Source of the DNA: Lentisphaeria bacterium
GTDB taxonomy: Bacteria > Verrucomicrobiota > Lentisphaeria > JABSQK01 > JAWLHB01
Assembly: GCA_041690595.1 (NCBI GenBank)
Contig: JAWLHB010000028.1
Location: 1 to 64,000, forward strand
Direction: 5' to 3'
DNA length: 64,000 nucleotides
The position numbers and the translations under genes were made by a program. Below, piece by piece: positions 1-9,863 of the stretch. Position 1 is the first letter of the stretch. Every line of letters begins with the position of its first letter. The notes below the pieces were generated by a model that was not told the DNA's origin, ran no database searches, and saw nothing but the letters and a program-made list of their open reading frames with translations.

Positions 1-1
1 G

Positions 2-1873
2 CCGCTGGTGAACTCGGGCACGGCGCTGACCGCTCCGGATGCGGATCCGGCTTTTGCCAGCCATGCGGTCGTGCTGCGACAGGATATTCTGCATCGGCGG
101 CGGCCGACGGGGACGGATACAGCGGTACCGACGGTGCCGCCGGAGACGGATGAGCCGGTAGAGTTGCCGCCGGAGGTGACGGCGGAGCTGGATCCGACAA
201 ACGATGGGGACGATCAGATCGACGACCGGGGGCAGGTGGGCAACGCGGTGGGCAGCATCGGTGCCGCCGAGTCGATCTCTGAGAAGAACATACCGGATGC
301 GGCGGGGCGGCTGCATCGGCGTATCCAGCATGACCGGACGCTGGAGTACGATTACACGGCCGATGGTCACTTGGAGAGCTTCTCCGATTCGGCCAACCCG
401 GCCAACGACGCCTCCTACGAGTACGACCCGCTGGGACGGCGTATGCGCATGAACGTGGGCAGCGACAAGTGGGAGTTTCTCTACGAAGGAGACGATGTCA
501 TCGCGGACTATCTCGACCGCGGCGGAAACGGCAGCGTCGATCACGTGCGGGTCTACGTGAACTACTGGAACGGCAGGGGCATCGACGAACGGATCGGCTT
601 CGTCGACATGGATCTCTCCGGCAACAATCACAAGCTCTACTACTACCTCTGCGACCAGGTCGGGAGCATTCTGCAGGTGCTGGAGGAGGATGGTACCGTC
701 GTCGCCAACTATGTCTACGATGCCTTCGGCAACCTCCAGCTCGATCGCTCCTACGACAAGCTCGACGTGCCGAATCGCTATCGCTTCCAGGGCCGCGAGT
801 GGGACGCCCACGCCGGCCACTACTACTACCGCTTCCGCACCTACATCCCCGAACTCGGCCAATTCACCGGCCCCGACTGGGACATCCGCCTTGACCCCAT
901 GGGCCCAGCAAATTATGTTGCGTTCAACAACAATGGCCTGCTGGAGAGGGATCCATTCGGCAAAGAAATTGCTGCCGATAGACTAGATGAGTTCTTGAAC
1001 AAGATACAGGAAATCAGTAAAGAATTGCTTGATATTAGGGATGACTATTTAAAACGTGCTGATGGCAATGCGAGGTCTGCTGGGAGCGCTATGCACGCTG
1101 ACTTCCAGCTAAGGGTTAGCGCAGTTCTGGAAAAAGACTTTGCCGACTTAAAAGGATATGTATTTACCGAGATAGGTATAAATACACAAGGTAAATTAGT
1201 GAAACGTAGATCATACAAAGGATGGTGGGGAGATGGTGACAAAGTACCAGACATAATCATTACAAGACAGCCTATTTATCTAAGCAAGCCCGTGTCTCAG
1301 CGTTCTATACGAGATATTACGGATGTAGTCCTTGATCTGAAGACTGGACATGCAGGTATAGATTCCGAATGGGCTGGACATGTTATACTTCGCACGGAAA
1401 TGGATCCACGGCGCCTAATTGAAATTCGGAAGGGGCGAAGCGTCGTGGAGGTGCTTCATGCTAACCGTATGGCCGAAAGACTAGCAGGTAACGCGAAATT
1501 CATAGATTCCATCAAACCCGTCCTGAAGAAATATGGAATAAAGGCCGCAAAGGGCGCTCCAGGTGTGCTGAGCATTGCCTTCGTGTCGGTTATCCATCAG
1601 CAGGCCAGAGATAGAGGCATGTCGGAATCACAGGCGTGGGCATATGCTTTATCAAGCGTTGTAGAAGGAGATACGATTTATGATATTACCAAGGGGACGG
1701 CTGATGGATATTGGGCGTTATCAGAGAGCATTTCAAAACACTTAGGATCTGAACTCCTAAGGCATTATGTCCAGGCTGAAAGTAGCCGGCGAAGTCCTGG
1801 CGGAGTGGACGTGCAAATTGACGCTGACGTCATTGAAGCAGATCCCAGAGCCGGTGCTTACTTTGGATTTTAG
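2..1873 (+). CDS. Rhs repeat-associated core protein (5'-partial) with C-terminal toxin domain, predicted PD-(D/E)xK nuclease
   Basis: YD-like repeats (YDYTADGHL, YEYDPLGRR); core motif YLCDQVGSI...YVYDAFG...RYRFQGREWD...YYYRFRTY..ELGQF...DPFG (DPFG at 950-961); GC drops from about 905; frame is open to the window edge. Confidence 0.9.
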   Translation, partial: PLVNSGTALTAPDADPAFASHAVVLRQDILHRRRPTGTDTAVPTVPPETDEPVELPPEVTAELDPTNDGDDQIDDRGQVGNAVGSIGAAESISEKNIPDAAGRLHRRIQHDRTLEYDYTADGHLESFSDSANPANDASYEYDPLGRRMRMNVGSDKWEFLYEGDDVIADYLDRGGNGSVDHVRVYVNYWNGRGIDERIGFVDMDLSGNNHKLYYYLCDQVGSILQVLEEDGTVVANYVYDAFGNLQLDRSYDKLDVPNRYRFQGREWDAHAGHYYYRFRTYIPELGQFTGPDWDIRLDPMGPANYVAFNNNGLLERDPFGKEIAADRLDEFLNKIQEISKELLDIRDDYLKRADGNARSAGSAMHADFQLRVSAVLEKDFADLKGYVFTEIGINTQGKLVKRRSYKGWWGDGDKVPDIIITRQPIYLSKPVSQRSIRDITDVVLDLKTGHAGIDSEWAGHVILRTEMDPRRLIEIRKGRSVVEVLHANRMAERLAGNAKFIDSIKPVLKKYGIKAAKGAPGVLSIAFVSVIHQQARDRGMSESQAWAYALSSVVEGDTIYDITKGTADGYWALSESISKHLGSELLRHYVQAESSRRSPGGVDVQIDADVIEADPRAGAYFGF

Positions 1874-1901
1874 ACACTAATCAATTCTGGAGAAAAGTGC
1901 A

Positions 1902-2810
1902 ATGACTGCTGCGAAGTGGGTCAAGTTCAGTCGCGATATAGAGTTGCCGGATCAAATCGAGTACCTGATGGTGGGAACTGATGACTTGGAGAGCATCGAG
2001 GATGAGCTTTCCAGATTCTCCAGACTCAAGGGGCTACATATAGTCTGCAACCGATTACGTGACTTGGAATGCATTACGTCAGAAGATATCAACACATTGA
2101 CCATCGAGTGCAAAAGCATGACCGAGCTACCTTGCTCTATGAGTAAGTATCCTAAGTTAACGGTCTTCTGCGCAATGTCTCCAGAGCTTCATGAAGTAGA
2201 GGGAGTGTTCTGGAGTGGATCTGTTTTAGGCATGCTTTGGTTAAGGTCAGATCAGCGGATTTCCCTGAATGAACTGAACTCCGCGCCACCAACGCTCACC
2301 AATCTGCGTGTCGAGGCAGCGGCATTAACGTTCCCGGAAATAACGAGCAATTTATCCGTTCGGCAACTTTCCGTTCGCGACATCACGGGATTTGATGCAT
2401 TCGATCTTGATATGTGGCCTGAGCTAAATAGATTTATTATGGCTTTCTGCATGGACACAGCTGCGTTGAAGTATGAGCTTCATAAGGCTAGAAATCTTGA
2501 AGAAATGATTATGAGGGCAAGTGATTCGGCAGCACTTTTTGGCGTACTTCCTCATACGCTAAGGAGCATTGCAGCATCTGGTTCTGGTCTTACCGATATG
2601 CCGACTAGCTTACGTCGTTGCACTGACCTTGAGGTACTCGATTTGGCCTGTAATCGGATCACTCGGATTCCGGAGTGGCTTAGTGAGCTGCGTTTGCTGA
2701 AACGGATTAATCTGGTCGGTAATCCGCTGAGCCATATACCGAAATGGCTAGCTGAGTCGGGCGTGAAGCTATTGCTGAATTCGGAGGATTTTGATGATAA
2801 TGATGATTGA
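1902..2810 (+). CDS. Leucine-rich repeat protein, candidate immunity protein of the Rhs toxin
   Basis: LRR motifs LEVLDLACNRITRIPEWLSELRLLKRINLVGNPLSHIP; starts 28 bp after the toxin stop; same low GC as the toxin tip. Confidence 0.8.
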   Translation: MTAAKWVKFSRDIELPDQIEYLMVGTDDLESIEDELSRFSRLKGLHIVCNRLRDLECITSEDINTLTIECKSMTELPCSMSKYPKLTVFCAMSPELHEVEGVFWSGSVLGMLWLRSDQRISLNELNSAPPTLTNLRVEAAALTFPEITSNLSVRQLSVRDITGFDAFDLDMWPELNRFIMAFCMDTAALKYELHKARNLEEMIMRASDSAALFGVLPHTLRSIAASGSGLTDMPTSLRRCTDLEVLDLACNRITRIPEWLSELRLLKRINLVGNPLSHIPKWLAESGVKLLLNSEDFDDNDD

Positions 2811-2931
2811 CGCTGGGGAAAAAGACGCTGGTCGAGACGGCTGCTACCGACTGATATTTCTGGGTAGCGAAAACGCAGAATTGATAATCTTGCGGCGGCC
2901 TTCTTGAGGCGGACGCAAATGCGTTTGCGGA

Positions 2932-4383
2932 GATGACGGCGACCCCCTGATTCCACTTGGCGCTCACACTGTCCTGTCGGAAGGCACCCTCAACGGCGGC
3001 ATCCGGGATCCGCAGGCGCATACGCTCACCCTGCATGTCCAGCGCACCGCCAATGGCCTTGCCGTCACCAGCAGTGGCTGGGGAGAGAGCCTGAGCGGCT
3101 CGGTTGCCAATCACAACGGCTCCTTCCGCGGCATGGCCCTCGCTGTCGCCGGCCGCGGCCACTTCGTGCAGGTCGACAATGTCACGTTGAACAGACGCCA
3201 GTTCGTTCTCGACGTGAATGACGAAGACGATGACGACCACACGGACGACTACATCTTCGTCGATACCACCTTGGTCGACGATTCGTTTACCGATGGCGGC
3301 ATGACCGATGGGCTCGACCCGCTCGACGTGGCCTGGACCTTCGCCGGCAGCAACGGCGCCTCGGCCTCGATTGCCAATCACAACGGCACTCCCGGGATCC
3401 GCTTCGGCATCTCCGACACCCTCCACAATTCCGGACGTCTGGTTGCCGACTTCCCCGAGGTGCCCCTGACCACTGTCGGCGAATACCTCACGATCAGCCT
3501 CACCGTTTCCGCCATCGCCGGCCAGAGCCAATTCGACAATACCTTCAGTTGGGGGCTGGTCGACACCGATGACGGCGGGCTCTTTACCACGATCCCGGTC
3601 TACCCTGTCCCGATTGAGGCTGAAATCTTTCAGGTCAAGGTACCGGATGAAGGACTGCCTGGCGTCTTTGACGGCAGGCTCGAACATAGCGTGCCCTTTG
3701 ACGCCGGAAATCGTCTAAGTGTCGATGCGTGGTACACCGCCACGTACAGTCTGGAGCGTCGTGGCCCGGGGCGTCTCAATGTCAACGTCACGCTCGTCGA
3801 CGCGGAAGGCAACGTCGTCCATGACCATAGTCTTAAGCTCACCGGCCAGCCCACCACCACCTTCCACGAGATCCTTGTCGGTGGGACCGGCCATGGGCTG
3901 ATCGTGGAGATGGGGAGCCCGGCGGTCAGCGCCATCGTCGACGGCGCGCCGGTCGCCGTCAGCCTCAGCGGCTGGCTGGCGGAAGATGCCACCACAACCC
4001 TTGACGGCATGACCCTCACCATTGCTGCCGCCAGGTCGACCGGGGTGGTCAACCGCTTTGCCACCCCTGTCTCGCTCGCTGTTACCGGCGACCGGGTACA
4101 GATGAGCACCCGCTGCGCCTGCGGAACGACATCCAGGGCGGTCTGCAAGACCGGTTCATCTGGGGGATTGGGGCTGTCGCCCTCGAAGATCACTCGGTCC
4201 GCCACAATGCGCGGCTCGCCGTCGACGGCTACTCCATCCTCGAAGGCAGCAGCGACGAGGTCCTGGCCCAGCACAACGAGGAGTTGCCGCCCGACGAAGA
4301 TCCGGTCGAGCAGTTCGCCGAGATCGCCGGCGACTATCCGGAGCTTGGCTCCACCCCTCATGTACGCGGGCAGCGCCGCTGAT
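2932..4383 (+). pseudogene. Truncated, frameshifted fragment of a large beta-rich extracellular protein gene
   Basis: Protein-like frame is open from about 2908, well upstream of the ATG at 3133, without a convincing start; near 4100 the protein-like reading moves to another frame (DEHPLRLRNDIQGGLQDRFIWGIG...) that stops at 4383. Confidence 0.55.
3883..3995 (+). repeat. 113-bp direct repeat, copy 1
   Basis: gggaccggccatgggct...ggcggaagatgccaccac recurs at 4524-4636 with a few substitutions. Confidence 0.9.
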
Positions 4384-4523
4384 GCGGTTATCACTGGCGG
4401 TGCCGTTGGCGGGGCACTACTATACCTCTGGAGCGAGAGCGAAGAGTGAAAAGCCCGATTCCATTCATTGTGGCGGCTGGCGGGGGGAGTGCTGTCATTG
4501 GCGGCATTCTCTTCATCAGTGGC

Positions 4524-4636
4524 GGGACCGGCCATGGGCTAATCGTGGAGATGGGGAGCCGCGAGGTCTGCGCCATCGTCGACGGCGCGCCGGTTGCCGT
4601 CAGCCTCAGAGGGTGAATGGCGGAAGATGCCACCAC
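4524..4636 (+). repeat. 113-bp direct repeat, copy 2 (degenerate)
   Basis: Near-identical to 3883-3995; the W codon has become TGA (gggtgaatgg vs ggctggctgg). Confidence 0.9.
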
Positions 4637-4664
4637 GAGTAGTGATGGCATTGGGGTGAGGGGG

Positions 4665-4950
4665 TGACCTCATTGACCTCATTGACCTTGTTGACCGCAT
4701 TGACATGTGTCTGCGGGGGAGCGAGGCGAGCAGGTCGAGGGAAGCGAGGGAATCGATGGGGAAGGCGCCGCGACGGATAGTGGCAAAGGGGAATGGGAAG
4801 AACGGGAAGAATGAGAGGAATGGACGCGGGGACGTGGGGAGGCCGGAGGCGTGCAGGAGGATTAACCACAAAGAGCGCAAAGATCGCAGAGAACGAGGAG
4901 GGGGGAGGGAGCAGGACGCGCGGGGTCGCGGAGACGCGGGGATGGCGGGG
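4665..4950. repeat. Cluster of different short tandem repeats, mostly 9-bp period
   Basis: tgacctcat x4.5 (4665-4704); cgagggaag/cgagggaat; aatgggaag/aacgggaag/aatgagagg; caaagagcg/caaagatcg/cagagaacg; cgcggggt/cgcggaga/cgcgggga. Confidence 0.75.
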
Positions 4951-5071
4951 AGGATGCGCGCAATGGCAGGGCCGTTGGGGCAACGGCGGGAACGGGACGG
5001 ATGGGGTGGCGAGGGGATGGGGATATGAGGGGAGCCAGGCGTCGGGGAGTGGCAATGGCCAACGCCGGGGT

Positions 5072-5098
5072 CACTCAGGCGAGTGGCGTGCCCAGGAT
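5072..5098 (-). repeat. Solo REP-like palindromic element
   Basis: Exact 27-bp reverse complement of 28827-28853 (atcctgggcacgccactcgcctgagtg). Confidence 0.85.
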
Positions 5099-5285
5099 CA
5101 GGTCGCCGCTCGGAGAGCGGCTCAATCGCGGTTCGGAGAACCGCTCCCAGTTTGTCGGGCCTGTGGAGGCTCCCACTTTGAGGTCAGCACGGCTGGGGGT
5201 GAACATTCTTTGGGAGAGCTTGACCGTGACGGTCGGGGGGTGTATATCAAACGCTCGTTTAACTCAACTGTCGATCAGGTGAAGC

Positions 5286-6677
5286 ATGGACCCGCAGCCC
5301 GCCAGTGAGCAACTGGGACGTGACAGCATTCCCTGGCTGCTGTGGCGCTTCTCGCTGCCGGCCATCGTCGGTACGATGGTGCATGCGACGTACAGCATTG
5401 TCGACCGCATCTACCTGGGGCATGCGGTGGGAACGGTAGGTATTGCCGCCACGACGGTCTCTTTTCCGATGATGCTGATTCTGATGGCGTTCGGGATGCT
5501 GATCGCGCACGGAGGGAACTCGCTGGTATCGATCCGCCTGGGCGAACGGCGTCAGGACGAGGCGGAGCGGGTGCTTGGGCAGGCGGTGACGCTGCTGGCG
5601 GTGCTGAGTGTCGTCTTCACGGTGGGCGGGCTGATCTTCCTCAATCCCCTGCTGCGGCTTTTCGGGGCGACGGCTACCATTCTGCCTGCCGCCGAAGCGT
5701 ATATGCGGATCATCCTCTTCGGCACGGTGACGCACGAGATCAGCTTCGCGATGAACAACTTCATTCGGGGTGAAGGGAGTCCGCGGGTGGCGATGTTGAC
5801 GATGGTAATCGGGGCGGGGCTGAACCTGGTGCTGGATCCGATCTTCCTTTTCGGCTTTGGCTGGGGCATGGAGGGAGCTGCCTGGGCGACGGTCATCTCG
5901 CAGACGGTATCGGCGGTCTGGGTGATGAGCTACTATTTCGGCGGTCGCAGCCAATTGAAGATTCGGCTGGCGAATTTGAAGCTGCATTGGGCGCTGGTGC
6001 GGCAGATCGCCGCGGTGGGCTCGCCGCCATTCGTCATGCAGCTGATCGGCAGCGTGACGATGCTGCTGATGAATCAGCAGCTCAAGATCCATGGCGGGGA
6101 CGATGCGATCGCGGCGATGGGGATCATCTTCAGTTGCAACATGATCTTCTTCATGCCGATCATCGGCATGTGCATGGGGATGCAGCCCATCGTCGGCTAC
6201 AATCATGGCGCCCGCCGATTCGACCGGGTTCGGCAGTGCGTGCTGCTTGCAATGGGGGTGGCGACATTGATCTGCGTTCTCTCCTGGATACCGGTGCAGG
6301 CGATTCCTCAGCATTTCATCGGCCTCTTCGGCGAGGATATCCCGGAAGTGGTTGCCCTCGGCTCGCACGGGATGCGTATCTTCCTGCTGCTGATGCCGAT
6401 CATCGGTTTTCAGGTGATCGCGGCACACTACTATCAGGCGGTGGGGAAAGCGGGGATGTCGCTGCTGCTCTCGCTGATCCGGCAAGGGCTGCTGCGCATC
6501 CCGCTCATCGTCTTTCTGCCCATGGCGATGCAGTTGGAAGGGGTCTGGTGGTCGGGGCCGCTGGCCGACCTGGGGGCGGCTCTGCTTACGGCGATCTTCA
6601 TCATCCAGGAGCTGCGCAACCTGAAGCGGCAGGCAGAGAATCCCGACGAACCGATCGTGCTGGGCGCTCAGCCGTAA
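5286..6677 (+). CDS. MATE family efflux transporter (MepA-like)
   Basis: LWRFSLPAIVG...YSIVDRIYLG; NNFIRGEG; NLVLDPIF; MQPIVGYNHGA; about 12 hydrophobic segments. Confidence 0.93.
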   Translation: MDPQPASEQLGRDSIPWLLWRFSLPAIVGTMVHATYSIVDRIYLGHAVGTVGIAATTVSFPMMLILMAFGMLIAHGGNSLVSIRLGERRQDEAERVLGQAVTLLAVLSVVFTVGGLIFLNPLLRLFGATATILPAAEAYMRIILFGTVTHEISFAMNNFIRGEGSPRVAMLTMVIGAGLNLVLDPIFLFGFGWGMEGAAWATVISQTVSAVWVMSYYFGGRSQLKIRLANLKLHWALVRQIAAVGSPPFVMQLIGSVTMLLMNQQLKIHGGDDAIAAMGIIFSCNMIFFMPIIGMCMGMQPIVGYNHGARRFDRVRQCVLLAMGVATLICVLSWIPVQAIPQHFIGLFGEDIPEVVALGSHGMRIFLLLMPIIGFQVIAAHYYQAVGKAGMSLLLSLIRQGLLRIPLIVFLPMAMQLEGVWWSGPLADLGAALLTAIFIIQELRNLKRQAENPDEPIVLGAQP

Positions 6678-7759
6678 AAGCCATGGCGGTGGGCCGTCTC
6701 GTACATGGCCACGACGTTTTCGGTGGGCGAGTTGTCCTGCAACTGGTGCGTCGGCGCGAAGCAGTATCCGCCGCCGGGCATCATGATATCGAGGGTCGCG
6801 CGGCAATCGTCGATCACCTCCTGAACGCTGCCGCAGGCGACGGGGCCGGCGGTGCTGATGCAGCCGTGGAAGGCGAGACGGTCGCCATAGGTCTCCTTGA
6901 GGTAAGTGGGAGACATGTTTTTCGCTTCCGGCTGGAGGGTATCGACGCCGTCGACACCCATGTCGATGAAGTCGGGATAGACCCAACTGCTCGAGCCGCA
7001 AGTGTGAATGATCACACGGAGGTCATGCTGCTTGGCGAGGTCGATGTAGCGCTGGTGGAAGGGACGTATGGAGCGGCGATAGACGTCGCGGCTGATGAGG
7101 GGGGCGATCTGCGAGCCGAGATCCTCACCCATCCAGAGGATGTCGATCTGACCGTCGGCGGCCTCGATGGTGCGGCGCATGACCTCATGCCAGATATCGG
7201 TGCGGCGCTTGGCCAGGAGCAAGCCCGCTTCGTCTCCGGTGATCAGATCGACGAGAACCTGCTCCATGGTCCGCAGCATGCCGGAGCTGTTGATGATGTC
7301 GCCGATGCCGGCGCCACCGGTCACGATGGCATAGCCCTTGTAGCGGCGGCACTGGTCGGCGATGCCGGCATAGTCGAAGTCATCGGGATCGGGCATTTTC
7401 CAGGCGGCGATGTCGTCGAAGGAGGCTTGGCGCAGGGGAAAGTCGCAGTAGTCCCAGTAGCCGCCGGAGTCATGCTCGACCCAGCGTCGATGAATGCCCC
7501 AGTTGTCGACCTTGACCCCGCGCTCGGGGATGTCTGCGTGGAGTTCCGGGCCGATGTAGGCGGGGAAGACGCCGCGGAAGTCGACGCCGAGCGCCTGCCG
7601 CAGCCCCTCGTCGTCCCCCGTTGCGAGGCCGAAGTGCTGCTTCAGCCTGGCGTCGATGGCGGGGTTGGCGCTATAGTCGATGGGCACGCGATCGGCCTCG
7701 CGTCGTGCAATGGTGGTCATCACCCGTTCCCGCGAGTTCATCGTAACGGTCGTCCCCAT
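6668..7759 (-). CDS. Uroporphyrinogen decarboxylase / MtaA-CmuA methyltransferase family protein
   Basis: MNSRERV...DRVP start, GEDLGSQ, HTCG, GGYCFAPTHQLQ, ENVVAMYE; start placed at ATG 7759 (or 7741). Confidence 0.88.
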   Translation of the reverse strand: MGTTVTMNSRERVMTTIARREADRVPIDYSANPAIDARLKQHFGLATGDDEGLRQALGVDFRGVFPAYIGPELHADIPERGVKVDNWGIHRRWVEHDSGGYWDYCDFPLRQASFDDIAAWKMPDPDDFDYAGIADQCRRYKGYAIVTGGAGIGDIINSSGMLRTMEQVLVDLITGDEAGLLLAKRRTDIWHEVMRRTIEAADGQIDILWMGEDLGSQIAPLISRDVYRRSIRPFHQRYIDLAKQHDLRVIIHTCGSSSWVYPDFIDMGVDGVDTLQPEAKNMSPTYLKETYGDRLAFHGCISTAGPVACGSVQEVIDDCRATLDIMMPGGGYCFAPTHQLQDNSPTENVVAMYETAHRHGFYG

Positions 7760-7776
7760 GGTCCGGTTCCCCTTGT

Positions 7777-8691
7777 TCAACAGATCTTTTCTTTGCTTTT
7801 GGTGAGGCTTGCATCCCACTCGGAATCGATGAGCGGCAACTTTTCCCAGTAGTAGCGCAGGCTATCGTCCTGCCAGCCGGTGTAGATTTCTTCCCAAGCG
7901 GCAAGCTCGCAGTGCGGCTTGAGCGACCGCTGGTTCACGGGTTCATCCACCCGCTGAAAGCGTGCATCGAAGGAGAGGCGAACCTGCCGGTTTGCCTGAT
8001 TGGGCAATCCCTTGTGGACCGTCAGGCTGGGAAAGGTAAGGATGTCGCCCGCGCGAAAGCCGTTGCCGGTCCATTCATGAGTCATGTTGCAGAGCCAGCT
8101 TGCGAGCCCGCCCGCACCCTCGGCCTCATGAACCGGCAGGATGCCTTCGCCATGGGAGCCGGCGAGCACGGCGAGGCTGCCAAGCTCCAGCGGGCAATCG
8201 CCTATGGGAAACCAGCAGGTCCACGTATGCTGGGTGCCCTGAATATGGACATAATCCTGGTGCGGTGGGGTCGGCGACACGGTCGGGCCGGGCAGCATCA
8301 GGCGGCAGATGTGGCGTGGATGCGGAAAGACCTCTCCGCCAAGCAGGTCGCGGTAGAGGGCGATCAACCGGGGATGATGTGGCAGACGATGAAAGGCTTC
8401 GAGCTTCTGCACCTCCAGATAGACCTCGCGGGGGACGCCGACGCCGCAGTAGCCGCGCTCGGCGCTCGGCAGGGCGGCGATGGTGTCCAGATCGGCCACG
8501 GCCTCATCGAGTGGGAAGCCGCGGCGGATCAGCCCCTGGCGGTCGAGGATGTGGAGTATCTGGAGGCGCAGGTCGAGGACCGACTGACGCGGGAGCAGGT
8601 CGCGAAAGAAGAGATAGCCGTCCTCCGCGGCGCGCCGGCGAAGCGCCTCCGGCTGGCCGAGCAGGTCGTTCGATTGGGTAAATGGCTGCAT
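7777..8691 (-). CDS. Phytanoyl-CoA dioxygenase (PhyH) family Fe(II)/2-oxoglutarate oxygenase
   Basis: EDGYLFFRDLL, HQD motif, TCWFPIGD, LAVLAGSH, GDILTF...H...N...RLSFDARF. Confidence 0.9.
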   Translation of the reverse strand: MQPFTQSNDLLGQPEALRRRAAEDGYLFFRDLLPRQSVLDLRLQILHILDRQGLIRRGFPLDEAVADLDTIAALPSAERGYCGVGVPREVYLEVQKLEAFHRLPHHPRLIALYRDLLGGEVFPHPRHICRLMLPGPTVSPTPPHQDYVHIQGTQHTWTCWFPIGDCPLELGSLAVLAGSHGEGILPVHEAEGAGGLASWLCNMTHEWTGNGFRAGDILTFPSLTVHKGLPNQANRQVRLSFDARFQRVDEPVNQRSLKPHCELAAWEEIYTGWQDDSLRYYWEKLPLIDSEWDASLTKSKEKIC

Positions 8692-8836
8692 GATGGGCTC
8701 GGATTAGGGGGGGAAGGTGTGACTTTCGATCCTCTAGTATACACTTCGCGGAGCGCTGGACAAATGGAACTTTTCTGGCAAATTTGTAGTATTTTACCAT
8801 GAACGGCTACTTTAGAGCGGAATCCTGAGGTGTGAC

Positions 8837-9730
8837 TTGGAGAAAGAACCCATCGTCGACACGCCGCACGCGATCGTGCTGCTGGCGAACAACGCCACGA
8901 TCGGGAGCGGCCGGAAGGTGGCCTTCCAGTCGGTGCAGAGCCGGATGCTGCTCTGGTGTCGCTCGGGAAGCGGCGCGGCGACGGTCAATGGCAAGGAGTT
9001 TGCGCTGGTGCCGGGAGCTTTTCTGATTCTGCCGTGGAACCATGCGATCCGCTACCGGCAGGAGCGGGAGTTGCATATCGCCGGGGTGCATATCGTTCCG
9101 GAGCTGGCGCCGGGCAGCGCCGTGCAGTATGGAATCGTGCATCGCCCGGTATCCAACCGGGTGATCGATCCGCGGCCACGGCGGAATGTGGCGCTGCCCC
9201 TGCTGGAGTCGGTCATCGCGGGCCGATTCGATGAGACTCCAGCGCTGCGCCACCTGGCGGAGTATACGATACTGGCAGCCAATCCGCGTGATTTCACCGA
9301 GCCTGTCGCCCGGCAACTCGGGCAGATGATGCTGGCGGAATGGCAGCGGGTCGCGCAGATGCTGACGGGAGACCAAAGTGACCTGCCGCCCGCCATGCGG
9401 ATGCTGATCACCCGACTGGACCAGCGGCTCGCGCAGCCGCGGACTTTGGACGCCATGGCGCAACTGGCGGGATGCAGCAGGACCACCCTCAACCGCCTCT
9501 TTCATGCGCACATGGGAAGCTCCCCCATCGCCTGGCTGAACCGGCGTCGCCTCGAACGGGCGGCCGAACTGCTGGCCTCCAGCTCCCTGCCGGTGAGCGA
9601 GGTTGGCAAAGAGGTCGGCATCACCGATCCGTACTATTTCTCGCGTCTTTTCCGCCAGTACGCTGGGGTCACCTGCACGGTCTACAGGCGCCAAAACGCC
9701 CTGCTGTGGGCGCATGGCTCCCTGCGTTAG
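8837..9730 (+). CDS. AraC family transcriptional regulator
   Basis: N-terminal cupin-like region; C-terminal double HTH (RRLERAAELL...VGITDPYYFSRLFRQYAG). Confidence 0.92.
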   Translation: MEKEPIVDTPHAIVLLANNATIGSGRKVAFQSVQSRMLLWCRSGSGAATVNGKEFALVPGAFLILPWNHAIRYRQERELHIAGVHIVPELAPGSAVQYGIVHRPVSNRVIDPRPRRNVALPLLESVIAGRFDETPALRHLAEYTILAANPRDFTEPVARQLGQMMLAEWQRVAQMLTGDQSDLPPAMRMLITRLDQRLAQPRTLDAMAQLAGCSRTTLNRLFHAHMGSSPIAWLNRRRLERAAELLASSSLPVSEVGKEVGITDPYYFSRLFRQYAGVTCTVYRRQNALLWAHGSLR

Positions 9731-9762
9731 GTAGAATATTGGGGACTTGGTTTGTTTTTCCA

Positions 9763-9791
9763 TTGCATCTAACGAGTGCACTTACTATAAT
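9763..9791 (+). promoter_or_regulatory. Predicted sigma-70 promoter
   Basis: TTGCAT (9763-9768), 17 bp spacer, TATAAT (9786-9791). Confidence 0.65.
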
Positions 9792-9863
9792 GATCGTCAG
9801 GCATAGCTGCGCACCGGTACCAGTGTGCAGCCGAGAGGGACTTTTTACCCAGGACTTTCCGTT

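Noticed and set aside
4539..5308. Several 70-170 aa ORFs
   Set aside because: Low-complexity translations of the microrepeat region; no recognisable motifs
5259..7852. Long antisense or alternate-frame ORFs (580 and 621 aa), and similar ones at 15447-17441, 19821-21329, 26550-28070 and 32444-35107
   Set aside because: Shadow ORFs opposite well-supported genes, expected with high-GC codon usage
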